Shown one piece after another: positions 13,601 to 25,600 of a DNA stretch of 52,635 nt. The DNA comes from Phoronis australis. Taxonomy: Eukaryota > Animalia > Phoronida. The stretch's first letter is position 1. Each line of letters opens with the position of its first letter. The notes under the pieces were generated by a model. The model was not told the origin of the DNA and searched no databases. It saw nothing but the letters and a program-made list of their open reading frames with translations. A program made the position numbers and the translations under genes. The stretch is taken from NCBI GenBank assembly GCA_002633005.1, contig NMRA01001082.1:6134-58768 (forward strand), read 5' to 3'.

Positions 13601-16600
13601 CGTCTGGTTAAAGAAAACCTGCCAAAACTTCATACAAGAGAAAGAGCAACACAACAACTTGAAAGAGTCCACAAATGCACCACAAACCAGGTGTTTATTA
13701 ACATCATATAAATGGCCACTAGGTGGAGCACAGTATTTCAAAACCATTTGAAAGTAGGACAGCCTGGTCATCTCCCAAACAGAATCGCATTTGTCAAAAT
13801 TTCATAAAAAATTATCCAGGAACTGCTGAGCAAGAAGAAAATGGACAAAAATAAAATTTCCACTATCAGCTACAATCATGCTAATTGTCCAGAAGAAGTA
13901 TGTTGCTTTTTCAGTGCTGTCACGTTTACAGGAATACACTTGTCAAATTCTACAAACGCACTGCAAAGGGTTTAGGAAATACAGCACTGTGGATGCAACA
14001 ATAACAGCTTTTCCTCTGAGGGTGAACAGTACTCGTACCTGTCTCTGCACAACATTTTAATTATAAGTACATGTAACCTTAAAGAGGCATTATGGAATGT
14101 GCTACTAATCGTCTACATTTCACTATTATCGAATTCCAATTGAATTTTCAACTTCGCACAAAAACATCGTGTCAGTTCCAAAACAAGGCTGTTTAAAGTC
14201 TCAAGAATAAAACTTTGAAATTCATTCTTTAAATGACAAACCAATTACACAATGTGACCTTTGCTTCCATTGACTGTAACCTAGATCAGTGTTCATAAAA
14301 AATACTCAAAATGAGTGGATTCATGAACGAACCACAGACCTAACCACAAACCTACAAGACTAGATACAAACAGCAGTGCCATCTTATGGCAGTGATGCAA
14401 ACTAGTGTTCTTTTAAATCCCAAGAGTTCGCTTACTGAATGAATGAACTAGGTTAGCTAACTAGAGAAGCAACACTTACCGAGTGAATGACTGCAAGTTA
14501 GGCATGCACGCTATACAACACTTAATAAGTGACCCTAAGATTAACAGAGTACAAATTAACACATACTGAAGGGCCCTAAGTTAGCTGAGTGTAGATACAA
14601 TACTTACTGGATGGCTCTAGGGTTAGCCAAGTACTGATTCAACACTTACTGAATGACCCTAGGGTTAGCTGAGTACGGATCTACTGAATGACCCTAGGGT
14701 TAGTCGGGCACAGACACGATACTTACTGGATGACCTTTGGGTTAGCAGAGTACAAATACAACATATTCACTCGTCCTTCAGGCAAAGTGTTATCAAATGT
14801 CTCCAACTGACACTGAGCCAATGCCTCCATGCCTTGTTCATTCTTGGCCCTCACAGTGAAGAAGAGAGGTATACCACCAGGCATCTTGGCCTCTACGACT
14901 GCATTAGTAGCTGACATCTGAGTCCAGTCCTAAATTCAGTTAAGACGACAAATTCAATAAGTACAGGTGTAGCATTGTATTTTGTCCATTTCTCCACACA
15001 AATAAATAAGGTGAATATTTTAGTCCATTCATTTACTAGCATGGTTTCTACTGTGCAGACATTATAAAACAATGTTTGGTAATTTTCATTATTTCATGCA
15101 AGGTTATTGGGTAAGTAATCAGCTTTCAAAAAATGGGAATTTGAAAATTTTGGAAATTACATTGTGCGAAGTGAGTGGAGAAGTCGAAAAAACGCAAAAG
15201 ACTGAATGTAAACTGAGAAAGCAATGTCACATTCAATACTTTTGCCCATCCAGTTTCATCAAGATGTCAAAATGGATTCAGACATTCTGACCATGATCTT
15301 GTATTCACTAAATGTCACCAAAGTACAATTAGGGATCCAAAACTGAGGTCAATGCTGAAGATCAGTATTACATGGGAACACAACGGGCTACTTACAATTG
15401 CGTCATTTCCACCTTTATAGGTGCCGACTGCGTAATGCATTGTCACTTCACTGTTTTCATCCTCAGCGTCCACCTCCAGTTCAAACTGTGTGTCAGTCAC
15501 GTCTAGGTCAGTAAGTTGGGCAACCTGTATGAGAGGACAGTAGATGTTTGTTTCAACTACGTACTATGAAAAGTTTACACACTCTTAAATCATCTGACTT
15601 CAGTAGACAACTAAATACAGTGCCTCCATGTGACTACTCGATGTTAGTCGTTATTTACCATTATGCTAACATTATGAAATACATAGTGAGCTTAGAATAC
15701 CGTAGTGACTTGTGACTCTCTGATCTGACCTAAAGTTTACAGTACGCGTGTAAAGGAGTCACTTTGATCATCAGAATGGTGAGCAGTTAATTCATCCGTG
15801 TCTCCAATGCATGTTGTCAAACTATTGTTAGGTGAATATCATCTTCACATACATTAGTAATACTACTGATAATAAAAATAATTCTTTGAGGTTCAAATGG
15901 TACACCTCATCCCGTGCATGGGTATACCTCATCCCGTGCATGCAGCAAAACCACTCAGAATAATATGGGCGGTAACAAAACTCACTTTTCTAAACTCGAA
16001 AAGGGCATCATGAAGACAAGTGTGCTTTTGATAATTAACTGTTGGGGCCCTAATATTTATTCACTACACTCTTCCACAACGAATACGATACTTCAATAAA
16101 TTGATTTGTACTCTTAGCTCACACAGGACATCAACAAGGCTCCATTTTTGCAAAATCAGGAGTTTAGTAATAGTTGAAGGAAAGCTAAACATGACTCATT
16201 CAAACAACTTTGCTTGTTCTTCTTTCACCAGATATCTAACTAACAACAGGAGAGGTGTGGAAGTGCCACTTTAAGAACATCACGCAAATTGATCTTCAGC
16301 ATAAAGAGAAGCACACTGTACCTTGCAAGGCTGACCAGAACGTCTTGTTTTGGTGGCACTAGAAGCACCCTGGAACTGAGGTGGTGACTTGTCCTCCTCT
16401 GCTTTTTCTATTGTAAAAATGTTCGTCTTGATGGGCTTCATGCTGTACTTCCAGATAAAGCCCTCCCAGATGGTTTCCGTGGTGAACAATAGATTCGCCT
16501 CCACAAAAGCCGTCAGCTCCAGCCGTAATGGCGTCAATATCAGATCCATGCCTCCGCTGGAAATCAATACAGAAGACTCAGCTTATCACAACGTACAAAA

Positions 16601-19600
16601 AAGTATCAAATTTGTGTTAGAATCTTTCCCCAAGTATGTCACCAAATCTTAATGCATTGTATTTGCGATAGTCTACTTTGTATAATCAGTAAAGTTGAGG
16701 CCGTGCAAGCGGTCTTTTGTATCACTGCAATGGCCTAAACCGAACATGGATATTCACTTATTATAAGTTACATTGAACCTTTTATTTACTGACGTCCACT
16801 CTAAGTCAATTACCAAAAAACAGGTTGAGAATTCAACAAAAAGTAAAAACAAATGATATACTGAAAGTAGAGACACCAATGATGCTGAAAATCTGTTTGT
16901 CACTGGTCTGCCATTTTCATTTTATGTCTACATGTTTTCTATGATCAATTTAAATTTTTTCAAACTTGAAGTATTTCATAATAAAATGATCCCTTGATCA
17001 TTTCCATTTGAAAATTTCATAATTATTCTCCAACATTCTGTTAGGATTTTTGATCACTTGCTTACTCTGAGTTTTAACCTAAATTAAGTTATAAAAATAT
17101 TTTACACCTTTAATGCTAATAGTGTTTTTGAGATCCATAAATAATTGATAGAAAATCATTTCAATTCAAAAAACATTAACCTAACAGATCTTTCTGTAAA
17201 AATAATAGAAAAACTCCAATATCCCATAACCTTAAGACACACGAACCCAAAGGATTAAAAAATAAAATGAAAAAAACTTCCAAAATTATATCTCTCTTAG
17301 TTTATTTACTTTTTCTGCAACAATCTAACATTTTTATTACTCCACATATCAGATGTCATTCGTCATATTGTATTTGATTTTACTTCTAAATTATTTCTGT
17401 TTCTGTTGACAAAGGCTGTGATTATATCTGGAAATTTCAGTTAATCCATTATAATTGTTGATTTATTTGTCAGCTGTGCTTAAGCTCGGGTAGCAACTAC
17501 TATATGGGAAATGAAGAGAAGGAACATGTGAACATTTGTGTTTATTGCAAGAGACAGGAATATTAGGTGTTTATTGCAAGAGACAGGAATATTTGTGTTT
17601 ATTGCAAGAGACAGGAATATTTCTTGAAGAGAATGTTTTAAAGCTTCAATCACAATTTGTATCAGACTCGGAAGTTAGGAAGGGTTTCCAGTTGCGGGAT
17701 TCTTTCCCCAGGCAATACAAATATTTTTTGTTTTCAGAACATTTGACCCTGCCATGACATTATAATACATAATGTACCATAACCAGCTATTGTATTTTTT
17801 AAGTGAAAACTAAGGGAGCATTAAAAAATACTGCTATTTTACACAAAGAATGTATTTAGAAAAGTCGCATTAGACCCAGCTAGCTGTATGAAGACTATCG
17901 TCAACTTGCAGCTAGGTAGCTGAGTGTTGAGCTCCGTTAGACACTGAAACTTCACTCAACCAAGGTAGCTCAGCTCGTCACCTCGTTGTGAAACTTATAT
18001 CAACATGTAGAGCTAATAACCAGTAAGGGTGCATGCAGAATCTGGAAATCAACCGACACTCACCTTGCCCGTTTCAGCCGTAAGTGAAAAAAATCTTTAA
18101 ATGTCATTTCTGTGTAATTCTCCACTTTTGTAACAGAAATTTTGCGATATCTTTCTCGAGATGATGACAGCTTTGCAGCAAATTGGGTTTGCTAGTATTA
18201 AAATACTAAAAACTTGCAACGAAATGATACCAGTTCCAACTGTTGTGACATGAACGCAACCTCGTGGATGAGAAGAACAGTTGATTTAAGATACGGGGAA
18301 ATTGGCCAATAGGTGGCACAATATTTCATGGCTTCGAAAGCCAACCCTAAAAAGCCAACCACAATTTTAGCAGCAAAATAACAGAAGAGCATCAATTTTT
18401 CCAACATCAGTAAATAATTTCAGTTTATTCAAGGAACAGTTCAGTTTCAAATGACATCATTAATTTTCAATTGGTGGCAACAGGTCCAAAGAAATATACA
18501 CGCAACTTAAGCCAGAGGAAGTGAAATCAAGCTGACGGCCTAACGTCACCAAGACCAGTGCGAAACTAGCCACCCTCCCTCCATGTACGCGAAAAACGGC
18601 CTATGAGAAAAATAGAACACCTCAAATATTAATAGAGGACTGGTGCAATACCTGGGAACAAGGCTGAAATGGGTGCAACAAAGGTATGTACTGAAGGGGC
18701 AGAAGGATATCTATCAAAGACTATGGAATACAAACTGTCAATAGAGAGTGCTATGGCAACCCATGGTCGACCATATCCCTCAAAGTGACCAATGTTACCC
18801 AACACATTAATTCCTTAAACACGGCAGTGTTTTTGTGACTGCTTACACAGCATAATGTTTGTAACTCACCTGAGATCAAGAGGAAATTGTTGGAAGCCGA
18901 TGTTGGCAATACTGGGGAACTGTGTCTCGAGGAGGTATCCAGTCAGTTTAGCCCCAGCATCCAAGATTCCCAACGAGATGGCGACGGAGCCCCAGACTTT
19001 GGCGCCGCACCACGGGATGGCCGTGGCCTCTGCGCGCATACTCATAATACACAGCTTAATGCCCATGAAGGCTCCCAAAGAACCACCGGCTCCAAATTCT
19101 TCAATGAAATGTTAGTTACAAGTGTTATGAATCGTAAAAATGCTATTGATAGCTGTAATCTCACACCACACAAAATATAATGACAAGCAAAATCATGCAA
19201 AACCAATGCTTTTCTAACTCCAAAATCTTTACATTACCTACCTGAGTAGACACTATTTTGAACAATAATTGTGGATATTCACAGCAATGTTAGAAGGGGA
19301 TCTTTGGTAAATATTTTTGTCCAAAACTGTCAAAATTTCAAGTTTAGTTTTCAAACAATTCTAGACAATTACATAAATATGGCTGCAAGGCAACTCGTAA
19401 CTTTTCGATACATGAAAAATCACTTCAGAACACTTAGTAAAACATCAGCTGTGTTGTCTTTATGTTACTATTGGCCTGAAACAGTCATATGAGAAACCTA
19501 ACATGGCGAAACTCACCAATTTTGATTGGAACAGGGCCTGCCATGAATCGCCACTGGAATTCAAAGAATGTAATGTCTTTGGTCGGCACAGGGACCTGAC

Positions 19601-22600
19601 CAGATAGACAAAACTCTGAGCCGCCGGGAAATTCCCCTGCTGTTCCAAACACGGCGCTAACAAGGTATTCAACCATGTTCATCTGGAGAGAAACAACAAG
19701 AGGTAAATACACTCGGAGTCTCAGCCAGTCGCCACACCTTTTTGACAACGCTTCAGGTAACCAAAACTAATGTTTTCCAGGAGTAATTCTAACCTTGAGA
19801 GGAAATTATAGGAGGGAATTGCTAACCGAGTCTCACACAAAGGGAATGTTGGACAACTGAAATATTTCCATTGACTAATGTGACAGACATTCGGCCTCAA
19901 AATCTAGGGATCAGGGGCCCCCATCAAAGATGAATCTACTATGAAATTTTTAAAAACACTAAATCCAGTCACAATATCTCCAACAAAGACCGTCAGATAA
20001 CACTGTATTAAAGAAGCAGGGCTTGGAATGACCAATGACAAAAAACGTGAAAACTTTGAAACTTTTACGGCCCAAATCATGCCCGATAACCAACCTTGAA
20101 ATGGTCAATGTGAACCTTTCCCGGACAAAAATCGGGAGGACTAAAAAAAAANNNNNNNNNNNNNNNNNNNNNNNNNNNNNNNNNNNNNNNNNNNNNNNNN
20201 NNNNNNNNNNNNNNNNNNNNNNNNNNNNNNNNNNNNNNNNNNNNNNNNNNNNNNNNNNNNNNNNNNNNNNNNNNNNNNNNNNNNNNNNNNNNNNNNNNNN
20301 NNNNNNNNNNNNNNNNNNNNNNNNNNNNNNNNNNNNNNNNNNNNNNNNNNNNNNNNNNNNNNNNNNNNNNNNNNNNNNNNNNNNNNNNNNNNNNNNNNNN
20401 NNNNNNNNNNNNNNNNNNNNNNNNNNNNNNNNNNNNNNNNNNNNNNNNNNNNNNNNNNNNNNNNNNNNNNNAGGATGCTGTTGGTCGAGAACACGTCACA
20501 TCAAATGACAGGATGCTGTTGGTCGAGAACATGTCACATCAAATGACAGGATGCTGTTGGTCGAGAACATGTCACATCAAATGACAGGATGCTGTTGGTC
20601 GAGAACATGTCACATCAAATGACAGGATGCTGTTGGTCGAGAAAATGCTGCCTCAAATGACAGGTTGCTGGTGGTTGAGATCATGCCACAACAAATGACA
20701 AACCAACTCATAGAGTCGGATCTCAACCATCAATAACATATAAAGTACACAACAAAAAAATAATCAGTAACATACCGTTTTCCCACTATGATGGATAATT
20801 TTGTAAAGAACAAATTTAAATGGGTCACGGTTACTATAACTGCTGGAGAGAAATAACAAAATGGCTTAGCCACGTTAGGTACTACCTTCCCTATTCATTC
20901 CCCTCCACGTTAGGTACTATCTTCCCTATTCATTCCCCCTCACTCTCAATTTATAGCAGGTAAGACTACTCTGACAATGAGCACAGCTTCCACACAGCGG
21001 CCATGACAGGGAATTTTGGGTCATTTTGCCTGAATACTTTTGGCTTGTACTAAATTTTTCTTAGCAAACAACTTATCTTGCCTTTGAGTGAAGATAAGTT
21101 GGACTAAAGATTGAATTTCGACACAAGGCAGGTTCTTTGCATCGTTATGTTATTTAAAAAGTAAGTCAAGGATGTACCACTTTTTACGTTACACTTCAAA
21201 CCAGCAAAGGGCGGAATCTTAAACAGAATGTTCTGGAAGAAGAGCGTGTCAGGGATACACGTGGTCATGAAGGATGAGCAGAGCTGTATTGTGCCGGTCA
21301 GATCGATGTGACCACTGTCGAACGTCACGGAAAAATGCAACTTGGCGACCATGGCGTCCATTGTGTTGCTCACGTCCACGTCGATCTCCTTGGTTTCCTC
21401 TGCAGAAATGAAACAGAATCCAAAAAATAATAATAATAATAATAATTGATTACATATGGCTTAAAGCTTTTGTTAACAAAATTCATTCTAAAACCAAAAT
21501 GGGCTATTTTCATGTAATAAAGAGACACTGGTGATTTCAACGCAAAAAACACTTGCCTGCAAAGTAAGATTCATGATTCTAAACTGAGACAAAACGCAGG
21601 GTGTAGTGAAAATTTCACACTCACCAGCCAATGTCATTTCCATGGTTTTCTGTTTAGCTCCAGCCCCTACTTTGAAGACCATCTTCGGCCCACAGAGGTC
21701 AACACGGGTGTCCAATCTCACCCACTGTTGGAGACACATGTACTTGATAGGCACGGCACACGTCAGACCCAAGCAGTCAAAGTGAGGCTCACAGTAAACG
21801 TTGAAGCCAGTCATGATCCCGCCCAAGAAATGGGGACACTCTAAAAATGATAATCCATGAGCATGACTGTCCTAATTATCAAAGATCACAATTAACAATC
21901 AACTTCAAAAATGTCCATGAAACAAGACAAGGTCATTGCCAACTTGAGACATTAATATTTACACCACTGCAAGATGTAAAAATACGAAATAAAACTTCCT
22001 TCAGCTGCTAGTAGGTCATTTCCTTATCAATAAATTAACAACTGAAGATAGTTTGTGTTTAATGTGCCAAATAGAATGAGAGCAACAGAGCTGTTAGTTT
22101 TCTTGCTCAATGCATAATTGCTCACTCAAATTGTGATTTTTGATAGTGAAATTACTGTTTTCAAGCTCAACAACCTACAGGTTTGCAACAAACGGATCCA
22201 CGTGAACATGCAAATAAAACCTCGTTGAACATAAACTCAGTGGACCACCCATTCAAACTAACAAGCTTGTGAGGAGACGCAGTGACATTCTGGGTATTGT
22301 GATACAGCCTATTTATTATTATTATTACCCATTAAGTTCTATCGATGTGTATTGGAGCTTACTTCCATATATCGCCTGAAAGAGGTCATTTATCAGCGCC
22401 CCCCTGTAGCCATAACCGTCCTTGCCATATTTACGCAACTTCCTGTTAATGGTGCTGGGTGACCACGTCTGAGGATTTGTCATTGAGAACTTGTCTGAAG
22501 AAAGAATGACAAACAACAGTTAATAATTCATCGTCATGGAAAAATAATAATTGCTAAAATCAGATCATTTTCTATTTTTCAAAGAAGAGTACTCCAGTGG

Positions 22601-25600
22601 CTTAAATTTTCGAAATTTCTAAATCTTCGTTGCTGTCATCTGCACTGCACACACCATGCTGACGACAAAGTAAAAGTTTTGCTTTATTGACAAATTTGTC
22701 AAAATTAAATTCCACTTGTCAATCACATTGTGTTCCAAATTGAAAAATATTTACTGTAATTACTACATTTGACTTAAATACTCAAAATTTTATTAATCCT
22801 CGTTAATGACATCTGCACTTAGTCTATACAAACCATGCTGACGACACAAGTAAAAATCTCTTTATGAGGTTTATTGACAAATTCAGCAATTTCAATTCCA
22901 CTTCTCTCCCATATTGCATTTCAAACTGAAGCTTTTGTAACAGAGTAAGTCTCCACTGAACCTCAGAATATGTATTTTCTCTCATCAGGCATTCGTTTCA
23001 GTTCAATTTGACATAAGAATAACTGAACATTTGCAACTAAATAAGAATAACAATAAGCGTAAAGTTACGAACGTCCCGTCACACTTTTAATGCAATCAAA
23101 CATTTTATGTGCACAAGCTTTACTTTTTGTTTTAAATTTAGCATAGTTGAAAAAAGTTTTTGCTAATAATTGTCAAGAGTTGAATTTACTTACACCTAAA
23201 ATTTCAATTTGGGAGACGCAAATGTAAAACGTGGCACACACTGGAGTATTGATTTGACAAGACATCCACAGGAGTATTGACGTGACAAGACATCCAATGG
23301 AACATTGACATGACAAGACATCCACTGGAGTATTGACGTGACAAGACATCCACTGGAGTATTGACGTGACAAGACATCCACTGGAGCATTGACTTGACAA
23401 GACATCCACTGGAGTATTGACCTGACAAGACATCCACTGGAGTATTGACGTGACAAGACATCCACTGGAGTATTGACGTGACAAGACATCCACTGGAGTA
23501 TTGACGTGACAAGACATCCACTGGAGTATTGACCTGACAAGACATCCACTGGAGTATTGACCTGACAAGACATCCACTGGAGTATTGACCTGACAAGACA
23601 TCCACTGGAGTATTGACCTGACAAGACATCTACTCTTTTCACTCAGGTCTTAGTAGTGGACAGTAGTCAGAGGTGAAAGATCTTACAATTTAAAATAAAC
23701 ACCGCTAAAAATAGCTTCACATTTGAAAATAACAAAGAGCATGCATTACGTGTTACAAAAAGCCATGAAGAAGTTCAAGGTCAGAATTCTCGCTGAATTG
23801 CATGGACACATAAAGTTTACAGTAATATCATTTTCCTACCTGCACAAACTTGCATTTTCTTGATCACAGTGTTCAAGGCGTCCACTCTGTCCACCAGTTT
23901 CTTCTTCTTGAACAGATCCACAACAAACCGTAGCGTGTAGTGACCTACGTCGAATCGCTCGGCTATTTTCCAAATCTTTGATGTGCTGGATAACAATATT
24001 TCAACAGCATTGACTCCATAAGCATCTAGGAATTGACTTTCACAAAAAATGATAAGCAATTTCTCCAAATATAACCTAAGGACATACTTAAAGAAATGCT
24101 ATTAACTTGCACTACAAAAGTACCATTTCAACATGTAAATGGTAAACTATTTTTACAGGAAGATGGTGTATGGGTTCCCCATTAGGCCCAACATTCGCTG
24201 AATTTTATACGTCAGAAGCTGAAAAACGAGTTAATTAAAATCTAACAGTGACCACATTCCTATATATGTTCGATATGTTGATGATATTTTCGTCTATTGT
24301 AATTTTGATGAAATGGTATCGCTTAAGACTGTGCTTGAGGACCATTCAGTATTGAAATTCACTCATGCAACATCTGTGAATAATAAGATACCATTTCTAG
24401 ATGTACTTATATGTAACTCAGACACAAGATTCATCACATCAGTTTATCACAAGCCTACTGACAAAGGTATTTGTCTCCATGCTGATAGTGACAGTCCTGA
24501 GCATTATAAGATAGCTGTTTTAGTCAATCTCACACTATTTCGTCATTAGTGAAGTCTAACATGTAAAACAACTTCTAATAAATAAGGGTTACACAAATTA
24601 ATTTGTGGATAAGCATATTAATCAGTTTATCTCAAAAGTTGAACAACATTATCATGTACAAACATTTACTGGTAATATTAAAAAACTGTTCTACAAAAAC
24701 TGTATGTCCAAATTAAGTTGTGTACAAGATGAACAAGTCCTAAAGAAATCTATAATAATGTAAGAGTTATTAGTCCTTATGACAAACTAGATGTAATTAT
24801 TGATTACAAGAATATTAAGACCTCTAATTTAGTGATGAGAAACAATATTAGTAGTGAGAAGGTCTGCACTGTTGCTAGATGTAATGTTTGTTTGAGTTTA
24901 CTTGTCCCGCGGTCGAATGTTTTCGTCCACATCAGAAACAAAATTACATTGGGCACACAGTGTGTTCCTTGTCACGGCGACTTTTAATGCATTTACAAAA
25001 CGGTTCCATAAAAGACCATTTTCAAAATGTTCATGGTCGCAAAATAACTCGTCAGGAGATCATTGACAATACTGTCATTAGATACGCTGAAAATGATGTA
25101 CATAGGTTACAAACATTAGAATCGCTTCTAATGTTTGAAAAACCCAGTTTGAACGAGCAGCTAACTGGAACTCGTAGGACTTTTTCGTTATTTCGGAGAT
25201 CTATAGATTATTTTGCACAGCAACTATGTATATTTATGTTTTTATCGTCATAGTTGCACATGCCAACTTCATGTGTTATATTGCATTTGTCATTTCTGAT
25301 GTGCGTTTCACTGTCAACTACTTGTAAATAGAAGCCTGAAGATGAGATATGTGTCTCGAAATATCACTTTTTAAAATATGTTACCTTCTGATGTCGTTTG
25401 GATTTTTGTTGCACTATTGCTATGTATAGACAAGATCTTTACTTAGAGAGTTGGAAAGAACTGAGATTAAACTAGTAAAAACAGATCAAAGTCATGTTTT
25501 TAATGAAATAAATATAACCTTTGGCACAGTTTGGCAGCTGAACTTGGACAATTTGCACATAGGCCATAAAACAATACACTTTTAAACTACATTCCCACAC

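Larger units (their letters stand above)
9546..14220. repeat. ~2.3-2.4 kb direct tandem duplication (9546-11931 / 11933-14220) joined by a single n
   Basis: Near-identical copies with scattered SNPs and small indels; the junction is the lone n at 11932. Confidence 0.95.

Noticed and set aside
20035-20532. ORFs spanning Ns
   Set aside because: Gap artefacts.
23173-23642. Three overlapping Cys-rich ORFs
   Set aside because: Artefact of the 28-bp minisatellite.
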